From Nitrospinales bacterium (GTDB lineage Bacteria; Nitrospinota; Nitrospinia; Nitrospinales; VA-1): a stretch of 64,000 nt of DNA. A program made the translations under genes and the position numbers. Positions 28,920-38,426 of this stretch are shown here, piece after piece (positions within the stretch are counted from its first letter, which is position 1; every line of letters begins with the position of its first letter). The stretch spans positions 2,272,001 to 2,336,000 of the forward strand of contig CBDCWG010000012.1 of NCBI GenBank assembly GCA_965223345.1, written 5' to 3'. The notes beneath the pieces are model-generated. The model was not told the DNA's origin, searched no databases, and saw only the letters and a list, made by a program, of their open reading frames with translations.

Positions 28920-30868
28920 TTCGGCTGCCTCTGTTCGCTCAACCAGGCTTGAAACATCAACACGTCCCAAAGCAGGTATTGCCAGTCGCCTTTGTTCGCA
29001 AGGTGCTGCGCCCATATGTTGTGAATGGGCTCGGGGTTGAAAAATCCTTCCGCATTCAACCGGTCCGCATGCAGCAGGTCCTCCGCCCACTCGCGCAAGG
29101 GGCCGCGCAGCCAGGCTCCCACCGGGACGCCGAAGCCCCTCTTGGGCCGCTCGATGAGCTGTTTGGGCACGTACTGGTACAGGACCTGGCGCAGCAACCA
29201 TTTGCTCTGACCGTCGCGCACTTTCAGGTGCAGGGGCATTCTCCAGGCGGTCTCGACCACGCGGTGATCGAGCAGCGGCACGCGCGCTTCCAGGCTGACC
29301 CCCATGCTGGCGCGATCCACCTTGGTAAGAATATCATCCGGCAGATAGGTCACCGTGTCGAGGAGCATCATCCGCTCCATGAAGTGCGGCACGCTGTCCG
29401 TGTTCCAGCCGTTGCTGTGGCGGGTCGCAGGCTCCATGCTGTTTTTCACCAGGGATGCCGGGTCCTGATAGTGGGACATCAAAATCCTGTAAATTTCTTT
29501 CGGCGTGCCCGCCTGCAGGAAACCGGAAAAGGTGTGCACGTTGTGGCCCAGGTTTTCCAGTTTTATGCCCGAGGGCAGAAGCGATCCGAACGGGGCGGCC
29601 AGGCGGTTCCAGTTTCCGGGTGATACCGACTTTAAGATGTGCGCAACGATGCCGCGGCTCCAGGCCGGAAAGCGCCGCACTTTTTCCCAGACCCGGTGCC
29701 CCACCGCGTAGCGGCCGTATCCCGCGAACAGCTCGTCACCGCCGTCGCCTGAGAGGGAGACGGTGACTTTCTGTTTCGCCAATTGCGAGACGAGAAACGT
29801 CGGTATCTGCGACGCATCGGAAAAGGGTTCGTCATACAGAGTGGGCAGTCTCGGGATGACGTTTCGCGCTTCTTCCGGTGTGACGTAGAGCTCGGTGTGG
29901 TCGGTTCCCAGATGCTGGGCGACTTTTTTGGCGTCCTTGGCTTCGTTGTGGCTTTCCTCGTGAAAGCCGATGGAGAAAGTTTTGACGGGATCCTTGCTTT
30001 GCGCCTGCATGAGGGCGACGACGGTGGACGAGTCGATGCCGCCGGAAAGAAAGGCTCCGAGCGGCACGTCAGCGATCATGCGCAGCTTGACGGCGTCGCG
30101 CAGGATGGCATCGAGGTGCGCGATGGCTTCCTCGTCGGATCCTGTGAAAGGCTGCGCCGCTCCCTGCTCGGCCACTTCCTTTGCCGACCAGAAGGCATGC
30201 GTCTTCGGCCCGGCCTGCGGGCGGTTGCCATCCAGCGTGAGGATGTGGCCGGGTTGCAGCTTGCCGATCCCTTTGTAAATGGAAAAGGGGGAGGGCAGGT
30301 AGTTGTTCCGCAAGAACAACGTCAGTGCATTGCGATCGATTTCATTTTTGAAATCGGGGTGTTCCTTGAAGGCCTTGAGCTCGGAGGCGAACAGGAAGGA
30401 GTCGCCCTGCCAGCCGTAGTACAAAGGCTTGATGCCCAGCCGGTCGCGCACCAGATGCAGCTTTCTTTCCTTCCTGTCCCAGAGAGCGAAGGCGAACATG
30501 CCGATGAACCGGCTGACGGCCTTTTCCAGCCCCCAGTGCTCGATGGCTTCCAGAATCACTTCGGTGTCGGAATGACCGCGCCAGTTGGTCTGCGGCAGTT
30601 GCGCGCGCAGCGCTTCGAAGTTGTAGATCTCACCGTTGAAGACGATGACGAAGCGGCCGCTGGCGGAAGGCATGGGCTGATGGCCTTCGGGAGACAGGTC
30701 GAGGATGGACAGGCGGCGGTGCGCCAGGCCGATACCGGCTTCCCGGTCCATCCAGACGCCGGAATCGTCGGGGCCGCGGTGGATGAGGACGTCTTTCATC
30801 CGTTCCAGGCAACCCTGCCAGTCCAGGCCCTGTCCCTTGCTGTTATAAAATCCGGCGATGCCGCACAT
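28916..30868 (-). CDS. asnB: Asparagine synthase-like glutamine amidotransferase, copy B
   Basis: MCGI (Ntn Cys), HRGPD, NGEIYN, SGGIDSS and SGDGGDELFAGY. Confidence 0.95.
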   Translation of the reverse strand: MCGIAGFYNSKGQGLDWQGCLERMKDVLIHRGPDDSGVWMDREAGIGLAHRRLSILDLSPEGHQPMPSASGRFVIVFNGEIYNFEALRAQLPQTNWRGHSDTEVILEAIEHWGLEKAVSRFIGMFAFALWDRKERKLHLVRDRLGIKPLYYGWQGDSFLFASELKAFKEHPDFKNEIDRNALTLFLRNNYLPSPFSIYKGIGKLQPGHILTLDGNRPQAGPKTHAFWSAKEVAEQGAAQPFTGSDEEAIAHLDAILRDAVKLRMIADVPLGAFLSGGIDSSTVVALMQAQSKDPVKTFSIGFHEESHNEAKDAKKVAQHLGTDHTELYVTPEEARNVIPRLPTLYDEPFSDASQIPTFLVSQLAKQKVTVSLSGDGGDELFAGYGRYAVGHRVWEKVRRFPAWSRGIVAHILKSVSPGNWNRLAAPFGSLLPSGIKLENLGHNVHTFSGFLQAGTPKEIYRILMSHYQDPASLVKNSMEPATRHSNGWNTDSVPHFMERMMLLDTVTYLPDDILTKVDRASMGVSLEARVPLLDHRVVETAWRMPLHLKVRDGQSKWLLRQVLYQYVPKQLIERPKRGFGVPVGAWLRGPLREWAEDLLHADRLNAEGFFNPEPIHNIWAQHLANKGDWQYLLWDVLMFQAWLSEQRQPK

Positions 30869-30903
30869 ATGAGAATCCTAACTGAGTTTCACTGCGTTTT
30901 TGG

Positions 30904-32871
30904 TTAAGCGATCGGCGCTTTTTCCCGCTCCTGCTGATGCTGCAACCAGGATTGAAAGATCAGAACATTCCATAAGAAATACTGCCAGTCCCGCTGCCCG
31001 GATGCGTGTTCCAGCCACCGCTTGCGGATCGGCGCCGGATCGAAGAAGCCCTGCTGCTCGATTTTTTTCTCCTGCAGCAGATCCTCCGCCCACTCGCGCA
31101 AAGGACCGCGCATCCAGTGCCCGACGGGAATGGCGAATCCCCTTTTGGGCCGCTCGATGAGCTGTTTGGGGACGTACTGGTACAGGACCTGGCGCAGCAG
31201 CCATTTGCTCTGACCGTTGCGTAGCTTCATGTGCAGGGGCATTCTCCAAGCGGTCTCGACCACGCGGTGATCGAGCAGTGGCACGCGCGCTTCCAGGCTG
31301 ACCCCCATGCTGGCGCGGTCCACCTTGGTGAGGATGTCGTCCGGCAGATAGGTGATCGTGTCGAGAAGCATCATCTGGTGGGTGAAGTCCAGATGGTTTG
31401 CGTTGGCCCATCCGTTGGAGTAATAGGTCGCCGGTTCGTGCGCATCCCGCACCAGCGTGCCGGCGTTTCTCCACTGCGAAATGAGTTTGAGGTACAAAGC
31501 CTGCGGGCTGTTCGCGTCGAGCATGCTGGCGAGCTTGTGCAGCTTGTCTCCGGGCAGCGCGGTTTTCGTTTTTCCCGACAGCAGAGAATCAAAACGGCCG
31601 AGCAGGCGGTTCCACTGTTCCGGAGAAACCGCGGTCATCCATTTACCCGCCTGCTTTCGCAGCGAAACCGGGACCCATTTCATCTTGTTCCAGATCGAGA
31701 CGCCCCAGTTGTAGCGGTGATAGCCCGCGAACAGCTCGTCGCCGCCGTCGCCTGAGAGGGAGACGGTGACTTTCTGTTTTGCCAATTGCGAGACGAGAAA
31801 CGTCGGTATCTGCGACGCATCGGAAAAGGGTTCGTCGTACAGAGTGGGCAGTCTCGGGATAACGTTTCGCGCTTCTTCGGGTGTGACGTAGAGTTCGGTG
31901 TGGTCGGTTCCCAGATGCTGAGCGACTTTTTTGGCGTCCTTGGCTTCGTTGTGGCTTTCCTCGTGAAAGCCGATGGAGAAAGTTTTGACGGGATCGGTGC
32001 TTTGCGCCTGCATGAGAGCGACGACGGTGGACGAGTCGATGCCGCCTGAGAGAAATGCCCCGAGCGGTACGTCTGCGATCATGCGCAGCTTGACGGCGTC
32101 GCGCAGGATGGCATCGAGGTGCGCGATGGCTTCCTCGTCGGATCCTGTGAAAGGCTGCGCCGCTCCCTGCTCGGCCACTTCCTTTGCCGACCAGAACGCA
32201 TGGGTCTTCGGCCCGGCCTGCGGGCGGTTGCCATCCAGCGTGAGGATGTGGCCGGGTTTGAGTTTAGAGACTCCCCGGTAAATCGAATGCGGCAGCGGGA
32301 CGTCGCCGTAACGCATGAAAAGGGCCAGCGCATTGCGATCGATTTCGTTTTTGAAATCGGGATGCTCCTTGAAAGCCTTGAGCTCGGAGGCGAACAGGAA
32401 GGAGTCGCCCTGCCAGCCGTAGTACAAAGGCTTGATGCCCAGCCGGTCGCGCACCAGATGCAGCTTTCTTTCCTTCCTGTCCCAGAGAGCGAAGGCGAAC
32501 ATGCCGATGAACCGGCCGACAGCCTTTTCCAGCCCCCAGTGCTCGATGGCCTCTAAAATCACTTCGGTGTCGGAATGACCGCGCCAGTTGGTCTGCGGCA
32601 GTTGCGCGCGCAGCGCTTCGAAGTTGTAGATCTCACCGTTGAAGACGATGACGAAGCGGCCGCTGGCGGAAGGCATGGGCTGATGGCCTTCGGGAGACAG
32701 GTCGAGGATGGACAGGCGGCGGTGCGCCAGGCCGATACCGGCTTCCCGGTCCATCCAGACGCCGGAATCGTCGGGGCCGCGGTGGATGAGGACGTCTTTC
32801 ATCCGTTCCAGGCAACCCTGCCAGTCCAGGCCCTGTCCCTTGCTGTTATAAAATCCGGCGATGCCGCACAT
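30904..32871 (-). CDS. asnB: Asparagine synthase-like glutamine amidotransferase, copy A
   Basis: Same motifs as copy B. Confidence 0.95.
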   Translation of the reverse strand: MCGIAGFYNSKGQGLDWQGCLERMKDVLIHRGPDDSGVWMDREAGIGLAHRRLSILDLSPEGHQPMPSASGRFVIVFNGEIYNFEALRAQLPQTNWRGHSDTEVILEAIEHWGLEKAVGRFIGMFAFALWDRKERKLHLVRDRLGIKPLYYGWQGDSFLFASELKAFKEHPDFKNEIDRNALALFMRYGDVPLPHSIYRGVSKLKPGHILTLDGNRPQAGPKTHAFWSAKEVAEQGAAQPFTGSDEEAIAHLDAILRDAVKLRMIADVPLGAFLSGGIDSSTVVALMQAQSTDPVKTFSIGFHEESHNEAKDAKKVAQHLGTDHTELYVTPEEARNVIPRLPTLYDEPFSDASQIPTFLVSQLAKQKVTVSLSGDGGDELFAGYHRYNWGVSIWNKMKWVPVSLRKQAGKWMTAVSPEQWNRLLGRFDSLLSGKTKTALPGDKLHKLASMLDANSPQALYLKLISQWRNAGTLVRDAHEPATYYSNGWANANHLDFTHQMMLLDTITYLPDDILTKVDRASMGVSLEARVPLLDHRVVETAWRMPLHMKLRNGQSKWLLRQVLYQYVPKQLIERPKRGFAIPVGHWMRGPLREWAEDLLQEKKIEQQGFFDPAPIRKRWLEHASGQRDWQYFLWNVLIFQSWLQHQQEREKAPIA

Positions 32872-32959
32872 AGGCTGTGTTCCTTCGCGCCTTGGTTGAT
32901 AAAAGGATGTTGTTTCTATCTATTAAAAACGAGACCGGTATTTTGCGTCCCGTTTGAGA

Positions 32960-34123
32960 TCACACGCAGTGGCTGGTTAAAACCTTGTGATACACCGATT
33001 CGTAATTGGAAGTGACCGATGGAAGCGAAAAATCACGGACGATTCTTTCGCGCGCCCGTTCTCCCAGCCGCCGACGTTCTTCGCTGCTCTTCTCGAACAT
33101 CCGGCTCCAGGCTTTCGCCATGCTCTCAGGTTGTCTCGGCGGGACGAGGATGCCCGTGTCTCCGATCACAAATCCGTTTTCCCCCACATCGGTGGCGACG
33201 CAGGGAACACCGCAGGCCATGGCTTCTCCAAGTACATTGGAAAAGCCCTCTTCGATGGATGAGGAACAGACCAGATCGAGTCCCGGCATGATCCGGTTCA
33301 AGTCCTTGCGCACTCCCAGCAGATGGACACGGGATTTAAGGTTCAGCTCTTCAATCGTTCGAACCAGCTTCGGATTGTCTGCATCCACCTCACTCCCCGC
33401 CAGCACAAAGTGAACGTCGTCCCGGGTTTTGGCGATGCAGGCGGCGGCGCGGATGAAGGTGTCGTGGTCTTTATGCGCGTGATAGCGGCCGAACAGTCCG
33501 ATCAGGCGGGAAGATTCGCAAAGGCCCAGCTCCTGGCGGAGCCATTGCTTCCCTTCCCGGGAAGGGGAAAACGAATCGGTGTCGAAACCGTTCGGGATCA
33601 CGAGGCTTTTGGAGGCCATATAGCCCAGCGCTTCGTGTTGCTGCGCGCTGACTTTGGAGTTGTAGATGATCGTCATCGGTTTTTTCGACAATTTGGCTCC
33701 CAGAGTGATGACCCAGGCCGTGGTTCGCTTTTCGTTTTTCAACCCGTCGATGCCGTGACGGATACTCCAGAGTACGGGACCCGCATGCGGTAAAAACGAA
33801 TTGGCAAATTGCGCCGCCAGATTTCCGTGGTACATCCATCCCTGCAGCAGGTCCGGTTGCAGCGATTTCACCAGGCGGACCAGCCGCAGTCCGGATACGG
33901 GATCGGAGGTGGTTTTTTTCATGTCGATCGCGTGGACCGGTATGCCCAGTTCGCGGATTTTTTCACCCACCGCACCCACTTCCATGAGCGAAATCACCTC
34001 CGGAGCGAACTCGTGGCGGTCCATCTGTGACAGGAGTTTGTACAACATCATCTCCGCCCCTCCGGTGTGGAGGTTCGTGATGAGGAAGACGATCCGGCAT
34101 TTTGAGTTGTTGACGGTCATCAC
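32960..34123 (-). CDS. Glycosyltransferase family 4
   Basis: GGAEMML, QGWMYH, IPNGFD and EGFSNVLGEAMACGVPCVATDVG. Confidence 0.92.
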   Translation of the reverse strand: MMTVNNSKCRIVFLITNLHTGGAEMMLYKLLSQMDRHEFAPEVISLMEVGAVGEKIRELGIPVHAIDMKKTTSDPVSGLRLVRLVKSLQPDLLQGWMYHGNLAAQFANSFLPHAGPVLWSIRHGIDGLKNEKRTTAWVITLGAKLSKKPMTIIYNSKVSAQQHEALGYMASKSLVIPNGFDTDSFSPSREGKQWLRQELGLCESSRLIGLFGRYHAHKDHDTFIRAAACIAKTRDDVHFVLAGSEVDADNPKLVRTIEELNLKSRVHLLGVRKDLNRIMPGLDLVCSSSIEEGFSNVLGEAMACGVPCVATDVGENGFVIGDTGILVPPRQPESMAKAWSRMFEKSSEERRRLGERARERIVRDFSLPSVTSNYESVYHKVLTSHCV

Positions 34124-35433
34124 CAGACTTCCTTAGGAATGGGAGCGGGTTTTTTGGGTTTCCTGGATTTTAGCGATTCATAGTAGGCAAGGGCTCCGAG
34201 AATACCGAGCAAACCGACGACATTTCTGTTTTGCAATAAATTGTGATCGTGCACGCCTGCCAGTGCTATTGAGAATATAAATATCATCCCGCGCATGTCT
34301 TTCAACCGGTAAAAATGGGAAAACGAAACGGCTAGAAAAATCAGATAAAAAATAAGACCCAGAATTCCGTTTTCGACCCAATGCTTGAGGTACATGTTGT
34401 GTGCGGGATAGAACCGGGTGCGGGAAAAATTGGTGCCGTGTCCCAGCAGAGGGGCTTTTTCCACCAGTTCAAGATATTCTAGCACCAGGTGTTTTCTTTC
34501 GTGATCGGTTGCAAACGACATGTCTCCCTTGGTGAATTCAAATATGGTCTGGATGCGCGCCTGAGTGGCTTGATCCGCAAACATGGCATTCGATTCCACC
34601 ATGTGCCGGGATAAGGGAAAAATCACGAAAAACAACAAGACGACGACGCTGATTGAAAATCCTATCTTTTTCAGAGCCGACTCTCTTTTCAGGCTGATCA
34701 CCACATAGATCGTCAGGACGATGAGAAACAGGATGAGGTTCCCCACTGAAAGCGTCGGGATCACCGCCATGGCGGCTATTGTCCAGACGATGAGGTTGAT
34801 CCAGTCGTGTTTCTTCCAATTGGTACAGGCGATGGAGAGAAGAATGATGCTCAAAGCGCCTTCGTTGGCATTGCCGATAAAACCGGAGGCCCGGCCGGCG
34901 TTCTCGGTGAATTCCAAAGGATTTTCGACGGAATACCAGATGCCACCGCAGGCGGATAAGAAAATGATGAACAGGATTTTCCGATGGTGTTTGCGTACGG
35001 TGGCGCTGCTGGCGATGCCGATGCACAAGACCATCAGCAGCCAATGGTACATATCCATCACGATGGAGCGGAATCCCTGGTACCAATAGGCGCTGGGATG
35101 CATCCCCCAGATAAGAGAGATCAAGGCAACGAGCCAAAGCGGGACGATGACCCGCAATGTGTTGCGATAAGCCTGCCACAACTGCGATCCCCTGTCTTTG
35201 AACAGACTGAAGAGGAGGATCGGCATGAAAAGCATCATCAACAGAACCAGCGGAGGGGATGATTTCGGAAAAAACGGGAAATTCCTGTCCGCCAGAAAGG
35301 CATCGGCCCCTGTCAATACGGGAAACAGAAGCAGAGTGAAAACCACCCCAAGGACGATCTTCGAGAAAAAGCTCTGCACTCCCTTTGGTTTTTCCATTTC
35401 AAATGGAGTTTCTTGCGCTAAGGTGTTGGGCAT
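34120..35433 (-). CDS. O-antigen ligase / Wzy polymerase family membrane protein
   Basis: About 11-12 hydrophobic segments, RASGFIGNAN, PLLGHG and AHNMYL..WVENGILG. Confidence 0.8.
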   Translation of the reverse strand: MPNTLAQETPFEMEKPKGVQSFFSKIVLGVVFTLLLFPVLTGADAFLADRNFPFFPKSSPPLVLLMMLFMPILLFSLFKDRGSQLWQAYRNTLRVIVPLWLVALISLIWGMHPSAYWYQGFRSIVMDMYHWLLMVLCIGIASSATVRKHHRKILFIIFLSACGGIWYSVENPLEFTENAGRASGFIGNANEGALSIILLSIACTNWKKHDWINLIVWTIAAMAVIPTLSVGNLILFLIVLTIYVVISLKRESALKKIGFSISVVVLLFFVIFPLSRHMVESNAMFADQATQARIQTIFEFTKGDMSFATDHERKHLVLEYLELVEKAPLLGHGTNFSRTRFYPAHNMYLKHWVENGILGLIFYLIFLAVSFSHFYRLKDMRGMIFIFSIALAGVHDHNLLQNRNVVGLLGILGALAYYESLKSRKPKKPAPIPKEVW

Positions 35434-36539
35434 AACACCGCCTCCGTTCTTGCGACCAATTGTTCGACGCTGAAATTATTCTCGATCCTCGCTCTCGCCT
35501 GCACCGTCGTTTCTGCGTGAGGCTGACTCATACAGGTTTCCCAACCTGCAGCGAGGGCTTGCGGGTCCCTGGGAGGAACCACCACTCCGGAATCCCCGAC
35601 CAGCCAGGAAGAATCGCCCACATCGGTGACCACACAGGGCACACCGCAGGCCATGGCCTCGCCGATGACGTTGGGGAAGCCCTCGCCAAATGAAGAGGAA
35701 GAGCAAACGATGTCCAGGGCGTTGTAGACCGCGGGCATGTCTTTTCTGGAACCCGCCCACAGCATGTGGTCTTTGAGCTGCAATTCATCGGCGATCTGCA
35801 TGAGACTGGCTTTATAGGACTCCGGTCCGTTTCCGATGCTGACGAAACGCACATCGGACCGTTTTTTCAGCAACAACGCGGCTGCTTTGAGAAAGGTCGT
35901 GTGATCTTTCATCGGGTCCAGCCGCCCGACCAGTCCGATCAGTTTGTCCTTCTCCGCGATGTTCCATTCTTTGCGGATGCGCATCCCGGCCGCCGCATCC
36001 GGTTTGAACTGGTGTAAATCGATGCCGTTGGGAATGACGATCATTTTATCCGCGGGAAATCCCTCCGAAGCGGCATGCTGATAGCCTGCTTTCGAGTTCA
36101 CAATGATGGAATCCGCAAACCGGGACAACCAGCATTCCAGTTTGTGATGGTAGTGGGAAATCCTGTCGTAAAAAGACAGATCCATGTTCGATGCGCGCAG
36201 TCCCCATACCATGCGGGTTTTGGGTAAAAACGGTTTCAGCAGCACCGTGAGGCAATTCGCGGTGCCCAGGTAACCCTGAACGAGATCCGGCTTGAACCGG
36301 CGCATTTCCTTTACCAGGCGACCCAGAAAGCGGATCACGTCCCACCGGCCCCGCTTGTTCAAAGAAACGTATTTCACATGCTTCAGCTTTCTGATCTCAT
36401 CGCCGAACAGGCCGCCGTCATAGAACGTCATGAGGCACAGGTCGTACTTTTGCGGGTCGAGCCCTTTGATGAGCGCCAGCAGCTGGCGCTGCGCGCCGCC
36501 TTCGTTCAGCATGCGAATTAAAAAACAGATGCGCGTCAT
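35418..36539 (-). CDS. Glycosyltransferase family 4
   Basis: Start MTRICFLIR at 36539 overlaps the upstream stop. Motifs GGAQRQ, IPNGID and GEGFPNVIGEAMACG. Confidence 0.92.
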   Translation of the reverse strand: MTRICFLIRMLNEGGAQRQLLALIKGLDPQKYDLCLMTFYDGGLFGDEIRKLKHVKYVSLNKRGRWDVIRFLGRLVKEMRRFKPDLVQGYLGTANCLTVLLKPFLPKTRMVWGLRASNMDLSFYDRISHYHHKLECWLSRFADSIIVNSKAGYQHAASEGFPADKMIVIPNGIDLHQFKPDAAAGMRIRKEWNIAEKDKLIGLVGRLDPMKDHTTFLKAAALLLKKRSDVRFVSIGNGPESYKASLMQIADELQLKDHMLWAGSRKDMPAVYNALDIVCSSSSFGEGFPNVIGEAMACGVPCVVTDVGDSSWLVGDSGVVVPPRDPQALAAGWETCMSQPHAETTVQARARIENNFSVEQLVARTEAVLCPTP

Positions 36540-37300
36540 TGTTTCGAATTCACCAAAGGGTTCCAGATCGATCGCTTGAAGCGAAGCGACGTCAGGTAAA
36601 ACTTGGAAAAAAGACCGTCCATCCACGTCCGGTGCCGGTCCTGGTACGCGGCAATGATTTCGTCCAGGCATTTGATCTGCGGTTTGAACCGCCGGACCTG
36701 TTCGTGAAACCGCGACAGATCCTGTTCGGACCAGGTGTTGTGGTGAAAACCGATGGTCCATGCGCCCAGAAACATCGAGCGAAAACGCCACAATTGCTGG
36801 GGCACCCACATCATTTCATCCGCATCGGTGTGCGGGAACAGAAAGTGTCCGTCGCTGATGATGCGGATGCCGTGTTTCTTCAAAATCTTCAAGGTCTGCG
36901 CGTCAAACGAATGGCCCGGTGCGATCCAGACTTTCGGATTCACGTTTTCCTTCTGGAATATCTTAAGGGACTTGTTGATTTTTTCCTCCTGCTCGGCGGT
37001 GGAGAGCCCGGCAAACTCGCTGAACCGGTTCAATCCCAGGATCCCAGGATTCCGGGTCGTGTAATCGTGCTGGTATCCGTGAATACCGATCGTCCAGCCC
37101 CGGCTCTGCCAGCGGCGCACGCAATCCCAAAAATCGGCGTTGGCGGGGAACACATCGAGGTTCTTGTCCCGATTGTCCGGCACCACCGCCAGGATGGGCT
37201 TGATGTCGTTTTCGACGAGTGTTTTCTCGATTTCATTCCAGATGTCCCAGTTCATGGTGGGACAAATGTCATCGAATCGAAGCAAATACGAAGCGCTCAT
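36536..37300 (-). CDS. Polysaccharide deacetylase-like protein (DUF2334 / CE4-like)
   Basis: LLRFDD, IHGYQH, SEFAG and APGHSFD. Confidence 0.82.
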   Translation of the reverse strand: MSASYLLRFDDICPTMNWDIWNEIEKTLVENDIKPILAVVPDNRDKNLDVFPANADFWDCVRRWQSRGWTIGIHGYQHDYTTRNPGILGLNRFSEFAGLSTAEQEEKINKSLKIFQKENVNPKVWIAPGHSFDAQTLKILKKHGIRIISDGHFLFPHTDADEMMWVPQQLWRFRSMFLGAWTIGFHHNTWSEQDLSRFHEQVRRFKPQIKCLDEIIAAYQDRHRTWMDGLFSKFYLTSLRFKRSIWNPLVNSKQ

Positions 37301-37310
37301 GATGTTGGGT

Positions 37311-38426
37311 TCACCTTTTTTCGAGCGTGCCGTTGATGGCCTGCTCCCACAATGCAGAAACTTTTTCCAGCGAAAACCGGTCCAGGATCTCCTGGGCGCG
37401 CGTCGCCAGGCTCTTCCGATAGGTTTCGTTGCCCATCAACCGGTCCAGTCCTTCCGCCAGGCCGCTCACGTCCTGAGGGGGAACCAGCAGGCCGTCCACA
37501 CCGTCGCGTATGATGGCGCGGGGGCCGGTGGGGCAGTCGAAGCTGATCACCGGCAGGCCGCAGGCCATGGCCTCGCAAAGGACGTTGGGGAACCCCTCGT
37601 AGCGCGATGAAAGCGCAAACAGATCCGCCTGCAGCATTTTTTCGGCCGGCTCTTTCGTGACACCGGCAAGCTGAACCGAATCGGTCAGGCCGAGTTCGTC
37701 GCGCAGGTTTTCCAGCTCCCGGGCGGGCTGTTTGTCGTGAATGGCGCCCCATATCTTGAGCGACCAGTCCGGGTATTTGGGCGCCACTTTGGAAAAGGCC
37801 TGGATCAACAGATCGAATCCTTTTTGCTCGTTCACTCTTCCCATGGCCAACAGCACTTTTTTCGAGTTCTTTGCGAGCGCGTGTGCCCCATTGGTTTTCG
37901 GTGCGGCCGGCGGTCTCACCGGATTGGGAATCATCCAGATCGGCGCTTTGACGTTTTTCGCAAAATAATCGCGGATCTCCTCGGTCTGCACGACCAGTCC
38001 CGCCGCTTGCGAGTAGGCCCAGGGCCGGATTTTGTGCCACAGCTTGCGGCTTGCGAGACTTTCGGGAAGATTCCGTTCTGAAATCAGCACCGGTATTTTG
38101 AGCCCCTTGGTCGCCAGCACGGTGATGATGTTCTGCTGCACGCCGAATGCGATCACCATTTCCGGTTTGCTGCGCCGGATGGCCCGCCGCAAATGTAAGA
38201 CCCGCTTCAGATTGAAAAACACCGCTTCTTTCAAATTGGCCGACACCGTCACGAGATCGAGCGGATGGTAATCGATTTTCGGATGCAGCTCGTAAAACGG
38301 CGGATAGCCGTCGAACGTGATGATCGTGATGTCCCACCCTTTTTCGGCCCAGTGATTGGCCAGGGTGGTCAGCACGCGCTCCGCTCCGCCTGGGGTGAGC
38401 GCGTTTATGATGAACGTCAGTCTCAT
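37311..38426 (-). CDS. Glycosyltransferase family 4 (AmsD/PglH-like)
   Basis: Start MRLTFII at 38426. Motifs GGAERV, IPNPV, QKGFD and EGFPNVLCEAMACGLPVISFDC. Confidence 0.92.
   Translation of the reverse strand: MRLTFIINALTPGGAERVLTTLANHWAEKGWDITIITFDGYPPFYELHPKIDYHPLDLVTVSANLKEAVFFNLKRVLHLRRAIRRSKPEMVIAFGVQQNIITVLATKGLKIPVLISERNLPESLASRKLWHKIRPWAYSQAAGLVVQTEEIRDYFAKNVKAPIWMIPNPVRPPAAPKTNGAHALAKNSKKVLLAMGRVNEQKGFDLLIQAFSKVAPKYPDWSLKIWGAIHDKQPARELENLRDELGLTDSVQLAGVTKEPAEKMLQADLFALSSRYEGFPNVLCEAMACGLPVISFDCPTGPRAIIRDGVDGLLVPPQDVSGLAEGLDRLMGNETYRKSLATRAQEILDRFSLEKVSALWEQAINGTLEKR

Larger units (their letters stand above)
28916..32871 (-). repeat. Tandem mosaic duplication of asnB, period 2003 bp
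   Basis: 32557-32871 is identical to 30554-30868. The 2003-bp offset holds at the positions checked, with near-identical and divergent blocks alternating. Confidence 0.9.

Noticed and set aside
28916..32871. asnB repeat as a diversity-generating retroelement TR/VR pair or a mobile element
   Set aside because: No reverse transcriptase, transposase or terminal repeats. Differences are block-wise, not adenine-specific, and both copies are intact genes.
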